A DNA stretch of 64,000 bases from Gammaproteobacteria bacterium (GTDB lineage Bacteria; Pseudomonadota; Gammaproteobacteria; JABABF01): positions 1,066,626 through 1,130,625 of the forward strand of contig OZ244031.1 of NCBI GenBank assembly GCA_965215045.1, read 5' to 3'. The notes under the pieces were generated by a model, which was not told the origin of the DNA, did no database searches, and was given only the letters and a program-made list of their open reading frames with translations. Each line of letters begins with the position of its first letter. Positions within the stretch are counted from its first letter, which is position 1. Below are positions 37,498-48,560 of the stretch, piece by piece. The position numbers were made by a program, and so were the translations under genes.

Positions 37498-38472
37498 GTG
37501 AGAAGCCTGCGCATCGCCACCCGCGCCAGCGAACTCGCCCTGTGCCAGGCGCGCCAGGTGTGCGAGATGCTGCGCCGTGTTCCGACTTCCGCCGGGCGTC
37601 CCGCCGGAACGCGGGACTTGCAACTGCTGGAGATGAACACCACCGGGGACCGCCTGTCTGCCGCCGGCGCATCCAGGGCGCAGCTGCGCGCGGAGGGCGG
37701 CAAGGCCCTGTTCGTCAAGGAATTGCAGCGCGCCCTGCTGGACGGGGAGGCCGACCTGGCCGTGCATTCGCTCAAAGACCTGCCGGCAACCCTGCCCGAG
37801 GGCCTGGAGATTCTCGCCGTGCCCGCGCGTGCCGAGGTGCGGGACGTCCTGTTGGCCCCGGCCGCCGACGCCCTGTCGGCCCTGCCGCCCGGGGCCCGGG
37901 TCGGCACCTCCAGCCTGCGCCGGCGCTGCCAGCTGGGTGCCGCTTTTCCGCGGCTGCGCTGTGTGGCCATGCGCGGCAACCTGGAGACCCGCCTGCAAAA
38001 GCTGGACCGCGGCGAGTGCGAGGCCCTGGTCCTGGCGGCCGCGGGATTGCAGCGCCTGGACTGCACCGGCCGCATCCGCGAATACCTGCCGCTTGCACAG
38101 TTCCTGCCGGCGGCGGGCCAGGGTGCCTTGGCGGTAGAGGCGCGCAGCGACACCCCGTGGCGGGCCTGGCTGCTGGCGATCGACGATGCCGGCAGCACCG
38201 CCTGTACCCGCGCCGAGCGCGCCCTGTGCCGGGCCCTGGACGCCGATTGTGACACTCCGCTGGGTGCCCTGGCACAGCCGGCGGACGGTGGAGAATTGCA
38301 GCTGCGGGCGATGTTGGGCGGCGGTGCGGGCCGGCCGCCGCTGTGCGCTGCGGCCCGCGGCCGGTACGGCACCGAGGAGGCGCTGGGCCTTGCGGTCGCC
38401 GAGAGGCTGCTGGCACAGGGCGCCGAGCAAATGCTGGCCGAACTGCGCGCCGGGGCTGCGGGACATGCCTAA
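37498..38472 (+). CDS. hemC: porphobilinogen deaminase (hydroxymethylbilane synthase)
   Basis: MRSLRIATRxSxLAL... N-terminus and ...GTSSLRRxCQL... match HemC. GTG start preceded by GAGG. Confidence 0.85.
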   Translation: MRSLRIATRASELALCQARQVCEMLRRVPTSAGRPAGTRDLQLLEMNTTGDRLSAAGASRAQLRAEGGKALFVKELQRALLDGEADLAVHSLKDLPATLPEGLEILAVPARAEVRDVLLAPAADALSALPPGARVGTSSLRRRCQLGAAFPRLRCVAMRGNLETRLQKLDRGECEALVLAAAGLQRLDCTGRIREYLPLAQFLPAAGQGALAVEARSDTPWRAWLLAIDDAGSTACTRAERALCRALDADCDTPLGALAQPADGGELQLRAMLGGGAGRPPLCAAARGRYGTEEALGLAVAERLLAQGAEQMLAELRAGAAGHA

Positions 38473-39277
38473 GTCCAAGACGCACCTGCGCCGCTGCCGC
38501 GTGCTGATCACGCGGCCGCAACACAGTGCCCGGGGCCTGGTCGATGCCATCACTGCACGCGGCGGCACCCCCGTGCATATTCCGGCACTGGCGATCGCCC
38601 CGCTGCAGGAGGATGAGCGGGGGCCGGTGCTCGCCATGCTCAAGCAGCTGCCCCTGTTTGAGCACATCATTTTTACCAGTGCCAACGCGGTGCGCTGCAG
38701 CTTTGCCCTGCTCGATGAATTGGGATGGGAATTTCCGCGCACCGCGCGCTGTTACGCGGTGGGCCCGGTCACCCGCCAGGCATTGTCACAGCACGGCGTC
38801 AAGAAGGCACTGGTGCACGGGGTGAGCAGTGAATCCATGGCGCAAATGCCCGAGTTGGGCTATGTCTACAAGCAGCGGGTGTTGATCGTCTGCGGCGTCG
38901 ACACCCGTCCCTGGCTCGGCGAGCACCTGCGCGGCCGCGGCGCAGAAGTGCACTATTGCGCGGTCTACCGCCGCCTGTGCCCGGGGCGCAGCGGGCCGCC
39001 GCTGCGAAAAGCCCTGCGCGGCGGTGCGGTGGACGCCACGCTGGCCGCCAGCGCGGAAACCCTGCAGAACCTGGTCATGCTGGCGGGCAGCACCCTGCCC
39101 CTGTTGCGCGAACTGCCCCTGTGCGTGCCGGGGGAGCGTGTCGCCGAACAGGCGCGCGCGCGGAATTTCCGCGTGGTATTAAGCACGGAGGATGCCCGCG
39201 ATGAACAGATGGTCAAGGAACTGGCGGGATACTGGACGTACTGGATGGAACGCAGCGCGGAAAACGGGACCCGCTGA
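38465..39277 (+). CDS. hemD: uroporphyrinogen-III synthase
   Basis: ATG 38465 (M94 of ORF 38186..39277) overlaps the hemC end. ...RVLITRPQ... N-terminus and the hemC-hemD order are typical. Confidence 0.75.
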   Translation: MPKSKTHLRRCRVLITRPQHSARGLVDAITARGGTPVHIPALAIAPLQEDERGPVLAMLKQLPLFEHIIFTSANAVRCSFALLDELGWEFPRTARCYAVGPVTRQALSQHGVKKALVHGVSSESMAQMPELGYVYKQRVLIVCGVDTRPWLGEHLRGRGAEVHYCAVYRRLCPGRSGPPLRKALRGGAVDATLAASAETLQNLVMLAGSTLPLLRELPLCVPGERVAEQARARNFRVVLSTEDARDEQMVKELAGYWTYWMERSAENGTR

Positions 39278-39292
39278 TCGTTTCAGGGTGTA

Positions 39293-40027
39293 TCAGGGTG
39301 TCGCACCGCCGTCTCCCCAGCGGTGCTGCAGCACTGCGAGCGCCGCCAGGGGCGCGGTTTCGCTGCGCAGGACCCTGGGCCCCAGGGAAAAGGGCGCAAA
39401 GCCCGCATCCCGGGCGGCCTGCAGTTCCGCCGCGCTGAAACCGCCCTCGGCACCCGCCAGCAGGCTGATGGCGGCCGGTGCGCCGGTGAGTGCTGGCCCG
39501 GCTTCCGGGTGCAGCACCAGGCGGCACGGAGTGTCGACCCGGGGCAGCCACTCCTGCAGGGGCAGCGGTGCGCACACCCGGGTGAGCACGGTGCGCCCGC
39601 TCTGTTCTGCGGCACCGATGGCCACCCGGTTCCAGTGGCGCAAGCGCTTTTCGCGCCACTGGGCCCCGCCGTCCTGTAATTCACTGTGCTCGCTAAACAG
39701 TGGCTGGAAAACATTGAGCCCCAGCTCCACGGCCTTTTGCAGTGCCCAATCCGTGCGTTTGCCGCGCGCCAGTGCCAGGCCCAGTACCGTGTGCAGGGGC
39801 GACTCCCGGGTTCCGGGAACAAAATCGCCGACCCGGATGCGCGCCTGTTCACGCCCCAGGTCCTGCAAGCGGGCGTTCCACTCCCCGCCCCGGCCATCGA
39901 ATACCCGCAGCCGGGCACCCACCGGCAGGCGCAGCACCCGTCCCAGGCGATGGGCGAGCGCCGGCGGCAGTTGCAGCTCCGTCTCCGGGCCCAGTTCCCG
40001 GGCAATGTAAATCCTGGGGACGCGCAT
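39293..40027 (-). CDS. rsmE: 16S rRNA (uracil1498-N3)-methyltransferase
   Basis: MRVPRIY... N-terminus, ...LIGPEGGFS...LGPRVLRSETA... SPOUT knot motifs as in E. coli RsmE. Confidence 0.8.
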   Translation of the reverse strand: MRVPRIYIARELGPETELQLPPALAHRLGRVLRLPVGARLRVFDGRGGEWNARLQDLGREQARIRVGDFVPGTRESPLHTVLGLALARGKRTDWALQKAVELGLNVFQPLFSEHSELQDGGAQWREKRLRHWNRVAIGAAEQSGRTVLTRVCAPLPLQEWLPRVDTPCRLVLHPEAGPALTGAPAAISLLAGAEGGFSAAELQAARDAGFAPFSLGPRVLRSETAPLAALAVLQHRWGDGGATP

Positions 40028-40061
40028 ACTTTGCCGGGCCCGGGTGCGGGCAGTGCCCGCT

Positions 40062-40913
40062 TCAGCGCCGCAATCGCCGCCAGATGGAGGCGCTGGGTTG
40101 CGCCTGGTTCAGGGTATAAAAATGCAGGCCCGGGGCACCGCCGTCCAGCAGGCGCGCGCCCAGCCCGCACAGAAGATCGATGCCGAAGTCCCGCAGACCG
40201 GCGGGGTCTTCCGCGTACAGCACCAGCCGCTGCCGCAACCAGCGCGGCACCTCCGCACCGCACTTGTCTGCGAACACCAGCAGCCGTTCGGCGTCGATGA
40301 TCGGCATCAGCCCGGGGCGCAGCGGTTGCTCGATACCGGCCCGGACGCAGGCGTCGCGAAAATAAAACCAGGCGTCGGCATTGTAGAAAAACTGGGTGAT
40401 GGCACTGTCGGCACCGGCGGCGAATTTCTGCTTGAGAAAATCGATATCCTGCCGCCAGTTCTCCGCTTCCGGGTGCACTTCCGGGTAGGCCGCCACCTCG
40501 ATATGAAAATGATCGCCGCTGTGTTCGCGCACCAGGCGCACCATGTCGACGGCGTGGCGCCGGCCGCTGATGTTCGCCGTCTCCCCCGGGTCGGGGACGC
40601 CCAGCGGCGCATCGCCGCGCAGGGCGACGATGCATCGCACCCCCGCCTGGCGGTAGCAATCCAACAATTCCAGGGCCCGTTCCCGCTCGGCATCGCTGAA
40701 GGACAGGTGTGCCGCCGCCGGAATGCCGCTGTTCTGCAATGCGAGCACGGTGTCCCGGGTTCCCTGCAGGGTGCTGCCGCCGGCGCCGTACGTCACCGAG
40801 CAGAACGCGGGTTCGAATTCGCGCAGCTGTTCCCAGGTCTCTCGCAGCTTGCGCCGTCCGTCCCCGGTCCTGGGCGGGAAAAATTCAAAACTGAGACGGG
40901 TGCGCTCGGGCAT
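40062..40913 (-). CDS. metF: 5,10-methylenetetrahydrofolate reductase
   Basis: ...SFEFFPPRT...SVTYGAGGST... MetF signature; 283 aa; adjacent to ahcY as in Pseudomonas. Confidence 0.9.
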   Translation of the reverse strand: MPERTRLSFEFFPPRTGDGRRKLRETWEQLREFEPAFCSVTYGAGGSTLQGTRDTVLALQNSGIPAAAHLSFSDAERERALELLDCYRQAGVRCIVALRGDAPLGVPDPGETANISGRRHAVDMVRLVREHSGDHFHIEVAAYPEVHPEAENWRQDIDFLKQKFAAGADSAITQFFYNADAWFYFRDACVRAGIEQPLRPGLMPIIDAERLLVFADKCGAEVPRWLRQRLVLYAEDPAGLRDFGIDLLCGLGARLLDGGAPGLHFYTLNQAQPSASIWRRLRR

Positions 40914-40924
40914 GCCCCGGTCTC

Positions 40925-42325
40925 TCAGTAGGTGTAGTGGCCGGGTTTAAAAGGACCTCGGGCCGGCAGGTTCAGGTACTCCGCCTGGGCGTCGGTCATC
41001 CGGGTCAGCACGCCGCCAAATCCCTCGACCATGTAACGCGCCACCTCCTCGTCGAGTTCCCGCGGCAGGATTTCCACGCGCAGCAGCTCTTTCTTGCGCC
41101 CCGGTGCCTGGTCGGCGAAGGCCTGCTGGAACAGGTGCAATTGCGCCAGCACCTGGTTGGCGAAGGAGCCGTCCATGATCCGCGAGGGGTGCCCCATGGC
41201 ATTGCCCAGGTTGACCAGGCGGCCCTCGGAGAGCAGCAGCAGGAAGTCCCGCGGGTCCTCGCTGCGGTAAATCTTGTGCACCTGCGGCTTGACTTCCTCC
41301 CAGCGCCAGTTTTTGCGCATGAAGAGGATGTCGATCTCATCGTCGAAATGGCCGATGTTGCACACCACGGCGCCGGGTTTCAAGGCCGCCAGCATACTGC
41401 GATCGCAGACATGCATGGCACCGCTGGCCGTGACCACCAGGTCGATGCTTTGCAGCAGCCGGCGGTCGATGCACTCCGCCGCCCCGCTGTTCATCCCATC
41501 GTGATAGGGGGAGACCACCTCGAAGCCGTCCAGGCAGGCCTGCATGGCGCAGATCGGGTCCACCTCGCTGACACGCACGATCATACCCTCGCCGGCCAGC
41601 GACTGCACCGAACCCTTGCCCACGTGCCCGTAGCCGATCACCAGTGCACGCTTGCCCGCCAGCAGGTGATCGGTGGCGCGCTTGATCGCATCATTCAAAC
41701 CGTGCCGGCAGCCGTAGCAGTTGTCGTTTTTCGACTTGGTGATCGAGTCGTTGACATTGATGGCCGGCACCTTTAATGCACCGCGCTCCAGCATCTCCTG
41801 CAGCCGGCGCACGCCGGTGGTGGTCTCCTCGCTGATGCCGTGCACCCGCTCCAGCACCTGGGGATACTGTTCGTGCAGACGCCGCGTCAGGTCGCCGCCG
41901 TCATCCAGCACCAGGTTGGCATCCCAGGGCTCGCCGGCGCAGAGAATGGTCTGGTTGATGCACCACCAGTACTCCTCCTCGCTCTCTCCTTTCCAGGCGT
42001 ACACGGGAATGCCCTGCGCGGCGATCGCCGCCGCCGCATGATCCTGGGTGGAGAAGACATTGCAGGAGGACCAGCGCACCTGGGCACCCAGGGCGATCAG
42101 GGTTTCGATCAGGACCGCGGTCTGGATGGTCATGTGAATGCAGCCCAGGATGCGCGCCCCCTCCAGGGGCTGTTCCGCCCGATAGCGTTCGCGGATTTTC
42201 ATCAGGGCCGGCATTTCGGTCGCGGCGATCTCGATTTCACGGCGTCCCCAATCCGCCAGCGAGAGATCGGCGACGCGAAAATCCCCGCTGCCGGCGTCGG
42301 CAGTCGCCCGGGTTTTGCCCTTCAC
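40925..42325 (-). CDS. ahcY: adenosylhomocysteinase
   Basis: NAD-binding GYGHVGKG and ...ADxxLAxWGRxEIxIAExEMPALM... N-terminus. Start assigned to GTG 42325-42323, which overlaps the metK TGA (GTGA), by alignment with Pseudomonas AhcY. Confidence 0.85.
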   Translation of the reverse strand: MKGKTRATADAGSGDFRVADLSLADWGRREIEIAATEMPALMKIRERYRAEQPLEGARILGCIHMTIQTAVLIETLIALGAQVRWSSCNVFSTQDHAAAAIAAQGIPVYAWKGESEEEYWWCINQTILCAGEPWDANLVLDDGGDLTRRLHEQYPQVLERVHGISEETTTGVRRLQEMLERGALKVPAINVNDSITKSKNDNCYGCRHGLNDAIKRATDHLLAGKRALVIGYGHVGKGSVQSLAGEGMIVRVSEVDPICAMQACLDGFEVVSPYHDGMNSGAAECIDRRLLQSIDLVVTASGAMHVCDRSMLAALKPGAVVCNIGHFDDEIDILFMRKNWRWEEVKPQVHKIYRSEDPRDFLLLLSEGRLVNLGNAMGHPSRIMDGSFANQVLAQLHLFQQAFADQAPGRKKELLRVEILPRELDEEVARYMVEGFGGVLTRMTDAQAEYLNLPARGPFKPGHYTY

Positions 42326-43512
42326 TGCTGCACGGCCTCCGCCGGTGCCACTCCCGCGCAATCCTGCAGCTCCTGGACGCGGTCGCAGTGCTCCCAGGGA
42401 AAGCCCTCGCGCCCGAAATGACCGTGCGCGGCGGTCGGCAGGTAGATGGGACGCAACAGGTCCAGGGCCTCGATGATCGCACCGGGGCGCAGGTCGAAGA
42501 CTTCCCGGATGCATGCCTCCAGCACCTCGTCGGTCAGTACGCCGCTGCCGAAGGTGTTGACATTGACCGAGGTCGGCACCGCCACGCCGATGGCGTAGGA
42601 GACTTGCACCTCGCAACGGCGGGCCAAACCCGCGGCGACAATATTCTTGGCGACGTGGCGTGCGGCGTAGGCCCCGCTGCGGTCCACCTTGGAGGGATCC
42701 TTGCCCGAGAAGGCACCGCCGCCGTGCCGCGCCATGCCGCCGTAGGTATCGACGATGATCTTGCGCCCGGTCAGGCCGCAGTCGCCCAGCGGGCCGCCGA
42801 TGATGAACTGGCCGGTGGGATTGATGTGATAGACGGTGTCGCCGTGATTGAGCCAATCGGTGGGCAGCACCGGCTGCAGAATTTCCTCGATGACCGCTGA
42901 ACGCAATTCCTCCTGGGCGATGTCCGGGTCGTGCTGGGTGGAGAACACCACCGCCTCGACGGCGCAGGGCCTGCCGTCTGCGTAGCGGATGCTGAGTTGG
43001 CTCTTGGCGTCGGGGCGCAGCCATGGCAGCTTGCCGGTGCTGCGCAGCCGGGCATGTTGTTCCATGAGGCGGTGGGCGAAATAAATCGGTGCCGGCATCA
43101 GCGAGGGCGTCTCATCGCTGGCATAGCCGAACATCATGCCCTGGTCGCCGGCACCCTGCGCCAGCGGCACGCCCCGGTCCACGCCCATGGCGATATCGGG
43201 TGACTGCTGCCCCAGCGCATTCAGCACGGCGCAGGAGTTGCCGTCAAAACCGAGTGCGCTGCTGTCGTAGCCGATGTCCAGGATCGTGTTGCGCACCACT
43301 TCTTCCAGCTGGCCGGTATCGACTGGAGCACTGCTGCGAATCTCGCCGGCGAGCGTTACCATGCCGGTTTTCACCAGTGTTTCCACGCCGGTGCGCACCT
43401 GCGGGTCCCGGGTCAGCAGGGCGTCCAGCACGGCATCGGAAACCTGGTCTGCGATCTTGTCAGGGTGTCCCCGGGAGACCGACTCGGAAGTAAAAACGGA
43501 ATACCCGCTCAC
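42322..43512 (-). CDS. metK: S-adenosylmethionine synthetase
   Basis: ...[17 protein letters not shown]... and [16 protein letters not shown] motifs. Start assigned to GTG 43512 ([10 protein letters not shown] aligns with the MetK N-terminus MSEYSLFTSE); the table ORF extends further upstream. Confidence 0.85.
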   Translation of the reverse strand: MSGYSVFTSESVSRGHPDKIADQVSDAVLDALLTRDPQVRTGVETLVKTGMVTLAGEIRSSAPVDTGQLEEVVRNTILDIGYDSSALGFDGNSCAVLNALGQQSPDIAMGVDRGVPLAQGAGDQGMMFGYASDETPSLMPAPIYFAHRLMEQHARLRSTGKLPWLRPDAKSQLSIRYADGRPCAVEAVVFSTQHDPDIAQEELRSAVIEEILQPVLPTDWLNHGDTVYHINPTGQFIIGGPLGDCGLTGRKIIVDTYGGMARHGGGAFSGKDPSKVDRSGAYAARHVAKNIVAAGLARRCEVQVSYAIGVAVPTSVNVNTFGSGVLTDEVLEACIREVFDLRPGAIIEALDLLRPIYLPTAAHGHFGREGFPWEHCDRVQELQDCAGVAPAEAVQQ

Positions 43513-43709
43513 GACATCCAGTCCCCGCCCCGCTCCTGCACCGTGTTCGCGGTGGTTTTTATACCCCGGGAATAAAGGGGACGTCGACACACCCGGTGGT
43601 CATCGCTGTCGCCAGGAGTACCAGCACCAGTCGGAAGATCGGTCTGTTCACGGCTGCTGCAAGTCCGGGCGTATTGGCCATATCAAATCCCGGGTGCATC
43701 CTTTTATGC

Positions 43710-44357
43710 TCAGCGGGTGGGTGGCGGCCGCAGGGCTTTGACCAGCCGGTTATGCGCCTCCATGAAGGCAAAGCTGACAATTTTCCCGGTCTCGGTCTGG
43801 GTGTACGCACCGCCCTGGGCCTCGAACTCCGGGTCCAGGCCGGTAAACCCGAACAGGCTCAGGCTGGCTCTCTTGGCATTGCCGTCCGTCTGGGATACCC
43901 GGCGGCCGGTGCGGCCATCGGCGGCCGTGAGCGATGCCTGCGCCTCCAGGAAGGCGGCCTCTTCACCGCCCAACAGGCCGCGCGCCCGGTTCACGACTCC
44001 GCCCAAAAGCGGCACGGTCTCCAAGCGGGAGGCGGCTTCCGCGCTGAAATTTTGAATCACCAGGGCGGGGGTGATGATCCAGGTGGCCTCACCTCGCGCC
44101 TGGGGACGGGGCCCCAGGCTGCCCGCCTGCCGGAAGCAGCCGCTCTGCTGCATGATGTTCCTGATGATGAGTGCCGGGCTCGGCAGTCCGTACTGCTGGA
44201 GGTCGGCATCGGCCACGACGACGGTTCCCAGGGGCTCCGGGCAGCGGCTCAAGGGCGCCGGCAGTTGCAGGTTCAGGGAACTGCAGGCACTGAGTGCCAT
44301 GGAGAACGGGATGATAAAAAGAATTGAGTGCTTGGTGTTAATGGCGTTAATGATCAT
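43710..44357 (-). CDS. lipoprotein, CsgG/LpoB-like fold suggested; function unknown
   Basis: Signal peptide with lipobox (…ILFIIPFSMALSAC). Start chosen at the internal ATG 44357; the table ORF starts at 44396. Confidence 0.45.
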   Translation of the reverse strand: MIINAINTKHSILFIIPFSMALSACSSLNLQLPAPLSRCPEPLGTVVVADADLQQYGLPSPALIIRNIMQQSGCFRQAGSLGPRPQARGEATWIITPALVIQNFSAEAASRLETVPLLGGVVNRARGLLGGEEAAFLEAQASLTAADGRTGRRVSQTDGNAKRASLSLFGFTGLDPEFEAQGGAYTQTETGKIVSFAFMEAHNRLVKALRPPPTR

Positions 44358-44659
44358 GTCCCCTTGAGCGATTATGATGTGCGCGACTGGTCTCATGCCG
44401 GCCGCTGTCGCCGGTATTCGGCAATGCCTTATTCTTATAAAAACTCCGCCGACTTGTCAAGGCGTTGTAAAAGTTCTTGAACGGTATGAGACCCGGAGGA
44501 GTCATCGTCCGGGGGGGCTGCTCCCGGACCGGGAACTCCAACGGGCCGGGATCGCCCGGGGGGTGATGGGGTCGCCCGATGTTGTAGAGCGAGCACACGC
44601 CGTTTAGCAGTAGTCGCGGCAGCGGGGTTTCGCCCGCCGCCGGTAAACGGCGTCCGGGT

Positions 44660-45205
44660 TCAGTTGTCGTCCTGCCCTGCAGACACGGTGCAACTGTTGT
44701 TGAAAAAGCCCGGCAGCACGATGAAGTCAGCACCGTGAATGCCGTGTCTATGGAGCAGGCCGCCGCGAATTTCGAGGACCGCGCTCACCGGGACCGCGGA
44801 CGTGGTCAGCGCATCGGAATGGGGCCGGCGCCGATGATTAATCTGCGTGATGCTGCCGTCCGGATTGATGAACATCATATCGAGGGCGATCGGCGTATCG
44901 CGCATCCACATGCTGCGGATGGCCCGGTCCGGCCAGACGAACAGCATGCCGCGGCCTGCTGGCAGGTACTCGCGGTGTTGCAGTCCGGCGGCGCGTGCCT
45001 GTGGGGTGTCGGCGATCTCCACCGTGAATTCCGCGCGTTCCTCGCGACAGTCCCGGGAGACGATGCGCAGGGTCCGGGTGCTCAATTCCGAATCAAAAGG
45101 CGACAGCGTGTGGCGTATCCAGGGCAGTTGGAACCAGGCCAGTCCGGCGATCAACAGGCTGCCGAGCACCGAGAAAAATATTGCCTGTGCCAGAGATATT
45201 TTCAT
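44660..45205 (-). CDS. DUF192-family protein (COG1430) with N-terminal TM/signal segment
   Basis: 181 aa; ...[28 protein letters not shown]... matches the DUF192 conserved core. Confidence 0.6.
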   Translation of the reverse strand: MKISLAQAIFFSVLGSLLIAGLAWFQLPWIRHTLSPFDSELSTRTLRIVSRDCREERAEFTVEIADTPQARAAGLQHREYLPAGRGMLFVWPDRAIRSMWMRDTPIALDMMFINPDGSITQINHRRRPHSDALTTSAVPVSAVLEIRGGLLHRHGIHGADFIVLPGFFNNSCTVSAGQDDN

Positions 45206-46422
45206 TCCCGGAAACGTTCAAAGACCAGGCAGGCGTTGGTGCCGCCGAAACCAAAACTGTTGGACATGACGCGCTCCAGGTTTGCATTGTCGACGCGTTC
45301 CCGGACGATGGGGAAGCGGGCGGCCTGGGGTTCCAGCTCCTCGATATTGCTGGAGGCGGAGATAAAGTGGTTTTCCATCATCAGCAGGCAGTAAATCGCC
45401 TCCTGCACCCCGGCGGCACCCAGGGAATGTCCCGACAGCGACTTGGTGGAGCTGATCGGCGGGATGCTTTCCTCCGGGAACACCTGGGTGATCGCTTCCA
45501 GTTCGCGCAGGTCGCCCACCGGCGTGCTGGTGCCGTGGGCGTTGATGTAGTCGATCTTCCCGCCCGTGTTTTGCAATGCCTGTTGCATGCACAGGATGGC
45601 GCCGGCACCGGAGGGGGCGACCATGTCTTCGCCGTCGGAAGTGACGCCGTAGCCGGTCAGTTCCGCGTAGATTTTTGCTCCCCGCGCGCGCGCATGTTCC
45701 AGTTCCTCCAGCACCAGCATACCGCCGCCGCCGGCGATGATGAAGCCGTCGCGCCCGGTGTCGTAAGGGCGCGAAGCGCATTCCGGGCGGTCGTTGTAAT
45801 GGGTGGACAGCGCACCCATTGCATCGAACAGGCAGCTGAGGGTCCAGTGCTCCTCCTCGCCGCCGCCGGCCAGCATGAGGTCCTGCTTGTCCATCTGGAT
45901 TTGTTCCATCGCGTTGCCGATGCAGTGGGCACTGGTGGCGCAGGCGGAGGAAATCGAATAGTTGACGCCGCGAATTCCCAGCGGCGTGGCGATACAGGCG
46001 GAGACGGTGCTGCCCATGGTCTGCGTCACCCGGTACGGGCCGATGCGCCGCAGCCCGCGCTGGCGCAGGGTGTCCGCCGCCTCCACCTGGCTCGAAGGCG
46101 TGCCGCCACCGGAGCCGGCGATCACGCCGGTGCGGGGATGAGACACCTCTCGGGGACTGAGGCCGGCATCCTCGATGGCCTGTTGGGCGGAGAGAAAGGC
46201 AAAGCCGGCCGCCTGGCCCATGAAGCGGTACAGCTTGCGGTCGATATGTTCCCCCAGGTCGATGTCCGGGGCCCCGGCGATATGACTGCGCAAACCGAGC
46301 TCCCGGTATTCCTCGCGGAAACGGATGCCGGAGCGGCCTTCGCGCAGGGCGTCGGTGACGCTGTCCTGGTCGGAGCCCAGGCAGGAAGTGATGCCGATGC
46401 CCGTGACAACCACGCGTCTCAT
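45202..46422 (-). CDS. fabB: beta-ketoacyl-ACP synthase I
   Basis: Start at internal ATG 46422 ([19 protein letters not shown] ribosome-binding site). Colinear with E. coli FabB, including active-site Cys region [17 protein letters not shown] and the His/His region. Confidence 0.9.
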   Translation of the reverse strand: MRRVVVTGIGITSCLGSDQDSVTDALREGRSGIRFREEYRELGLRSHIAGAPDIDLGEHIDRKLYRFMGQAAGFAFLSAQQAIEDAGLSPREVSHPRTGVIAGSGGGTPSSQVEAADTLRQRGLRRIGPYRVTQTMGSTVSACIATPLGIRGVNYSISSACATSAHCIGNAMEQIQMDKQDLMLAGGGEEEHWTLSCLFDAMGALSTHYNDRPECASRPYDTGRDGFIIAGGGGMLVLEELEHARARGAKIYAELTGYGVTSDGEDMVAPSGAGAILCMQQALQNTGGKIDYINAHGTSTPVGDLRELEAITQVFPEESIPPISSTKSLSGHSLGAAGVQEAIYCLLMMENHFISASSNIEELEPQAARFPIVRERVDNANLERVMSNSFGFGGTNACLVFERFRE

Positions 46423-46943
46423 GAAGATTTTTCCTGTCCCCTGATCAAGCCGACGCGGATGTCCCTGGCGGTGTAAATCTGCTTGCCGTCCACCGCCATG
46501 ACGCCGTCGGCCAGGCCGACGATCAGGGTGCGTTTGAAAATGCGCCGGATATGCAAATGGTAGCGCAACAGCCGGGCGTCCGGCAGCACCTCGCCGCTGA
46601 AGCGCACTTCCCCGGCACCCAGTGCCCGTCCATGTCCCGGGTGTCCCAGCCAGCCGAGAAAAAAACCGACCAGCTGCCACATCGCATCGAGGCCCAGGCA
46701 ACCGGGCATCACCGGGTCGTTGGGGAAATGGCAGGCGAAGAACCACATCTCCGGGTGAATATCGAGTTCGGCGATGACTTCGCCGCGCTGGTACTTGCCG
46801 CCCTGTTCATTAATTTCCAGGATGCGGTCGACCATCAGCATCTGGCCCATCGGCAGCTGGGCGTTGCCCTGGCCGAACAGCAGGCCCTGGGCGCAGGCGT
46901 TGAGCTCCTCCTTGTTGTAGGCACTTTGCCGGGCGGCGGTCAT
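46419..46943 (-). CDS. fabA: 3-hydroxydecanoyl-ACP dehydratase/isomerase
   Basis: ...[11 protein letters not shown]...[28 protein letters not shown]... colinear with E. coli FabA. fabA-fabB operon, Pseudomonas-like. Confidence 0.9.
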   Translation of the reverse strand: MTAARQSAYNKEELNACAQGLLFGQGNAQLPMGQMLMVDRILEINEQGGKYQRGEVIAELDIHPEMWFFACHFPNDPVMPGCLGLDAMWQLVGFFLGWLGHPGHGRALGAGEVRFSGEVLPDARLLRYHLHIRRIFKRTLIVGLADGVMAVDGKQIYTARDIRVGLIRGQEKSS

Positions 46944-47093
46944 GGTCGGGCACATCGATCGGTACGCAGCGTGAAAAAATTAGAATTCTTTAGTGTAACA
47001 AATTCACGGGAGGCTTCTTTAAATGCAGTGAGAGCTGTTTTATACATGCTACAATCGGCGCGCCTTTCACAGCTGTATTTTTATTGTTTTTTG

Positions 47094-48500
47094 ATGCTGA
47101 TACCCGTCATTCTTGCCGGGGGCAGCGGTTCCCGCCTGTGGCCCCTGTCCCGGCGCCTGCACCCCAAGCAATTTCTACCCTTGAGCGGCGACAAGAGCAT
47201 GTTGCGCCAGACCCTGGAACGTTTGGATGTGCTGCCGGGGTGTGATGCGCCGATCGTGGTCTGTCACCGGGAGCACCGTTTCCTGGTCGCCGAGCAATTG
47301 CGCAGTGCCGGGTGTGCGGGGCCCGACGTGCTGCTGGAACCGGAGGGCAGGAACACGGCGCCCGCCATTGCGGTAGGCGCCTTGCGCGCCTTGCAACGCG
47401 CCGAAGATGCCGTCCTGCTGGTGCTGCCGGCAGACCATATTCTGGATGAACCCGCGGCCCTGGGCGTCGCGGTGCAGGCGGCGGAAACCCTGGCCGCACA
47501 GGAGTACCTGGTCACTTTCGGCGTTCCCGCCCGGGCGCCGAAAACCGGCTACGGTTATATCCGTTGCGGCGATGCGCTGGGTGAAGCCGGTTTCAAGGTG
47601 CGCAGCTTCGTGGAAAAACCTTCACGGGAACTGGCGCAACAGTACCTGGATGCGGGCGACTACCTGTGGAACAGCGGCATGTTTTTATTTGGCGCCGCGG
47701 AATACCTGCGGGAATTGGAACGCCTGGCACCGGAAATCTCCGCCGCCTGTCGTGCGGCGGTGCAGGCGGCGGAGAAGGACCTGGATTTCCTGCGCCTGCC
47801 GGAGGAGGAATACGCGCGTTGCCCGGCGGATTCCATCGATTACGCGGTGATGGAAAAAACCGCGCGCGCGGCGGTGACGCCATTGTCCTGCGGCTGGAGA
47901 GATGCGGGTGCCTGGTCGGAATTGTGGGCCGAGGAGGAACAGGATGCGGAGGGCAACGTGGTACTGGGAGACGTGGCGACCCTGGATGCGCGGGATTGCT
48001 ACCTGCGCAGTGAATCCCGCCTGCTCGCCGCCCTGGGGGTGCGGGACCTGGTGGTAGTGGAGACCGCGGATGCGGTGCTGGTCGCAGATCGCGAGCGGGC
48101 ACAACAGACCAGGGAACTGGTGCAGCTGCTGGAGTCCGGGGCGCGCCCGGAAGTCGAAGCCCACACCCGCGTCTACCGTCCCTGGGGGTATTACCAGACC
48201 CTGGAAAGCGGTGAGCGTTTCCAGGTCAAGCTGATCAACGTGACCCCCGGCCAGCGCCTGTCCCTGCAGATGCACCAGCAGCGCGCCGAGCACTGGGTGG
48301 TGGTGCGAGGCACGGCCACCGTGGTCTGCGAAGACAAGGAATTTACCCTGGAGACCGACCAGTCCACCTATATTCCGCTGGGCAGCCGGCACCGGCTGGC
48401 CAACGATACCGAGGATCCCCTGGAAATTATCGAAGTGCAGTCCGGTGCCTACCTGGGAGAGGATGATATCGTGCGTTTTGATGATGTCTATGGCCGCTGA
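47094..48500 (+). CDS. manC: bifunctional mannose-1-phosphate guanylyltransferase / mannose-6-phosphate isomerase (AlgA/ManC/XanB family)
   Basis: MLIPVILAGGSGSRLWPLSR nucleotidyltransferase N-terminus and C-terminal cupin (…GQRLSLQMHQQRAEHWVVVRG…). Confidence 0.85.
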   Translation: MLIPVILAGGSGSRLWPLSRRLHPKQFLPLSGDKSMLRQTLERLDVLPGCDAPIVVCHREHRFLVAEQLRSAGCAGPDVLLEPEGRNTAPAIAVGALRALQRAEDAVLLVLPADHILDEPAALGVAVQAAETLAAQEYLVTFGVPARAPKTGYGYIRCGDALGEAGFKVRSFVEKPSRELAQQYLDAGDYLWNSGMFLFGAAEYLRELERLAPEISAACRAAVQAAEKDLDFLRLPEEEYARCPADSIDYAVMEKTARAAVTPLSCGWRDAGAWSELWAEEEQDAEGNVVLGDVATLDARDCYLRSESRLLAALGVRDLVVVETADAVLVADRERAQQTRELVQLLESGARPEVEAHTRVYRPWGYYQTLESGERFQVKLINVTPGQRLSLQMHQQRAEHWVVVRGTATVVCEDKEFTLETDQSTYIPLGSRHRLANDTEDPLEIIEVQSGAYLGEDDIVRFDDVYGR

Positions 48501-48560
48501 GCGTCGGCCATGAGCGGGGAGCGGGAGCGGGGCGATGGGCAGGGCCCCGGTGCGTCGGCC

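Noticed and set aside
43513-43709. SAM riboswitch in the metK leader
   Set aside because: No recognisable SAM-I or SAM-II conserved core was found by eye. Gammaproteobacterial metK is generally MetJ- or otherwise regulated.
44397-44659. Possible structured ncRNA (GC-rich hairpins: gtccgggggggctgctcccggac and others) between the DUF192 and CsgG-like genes
   Set aside because: No match to conserved cores of RNase P, 6S, SRP or tmRNA that I can recognise. More simply explained as a terminator for the DUF192 gene plus the promoter (TTGACA-17-TAAGAA) of the lipoprotein gene.
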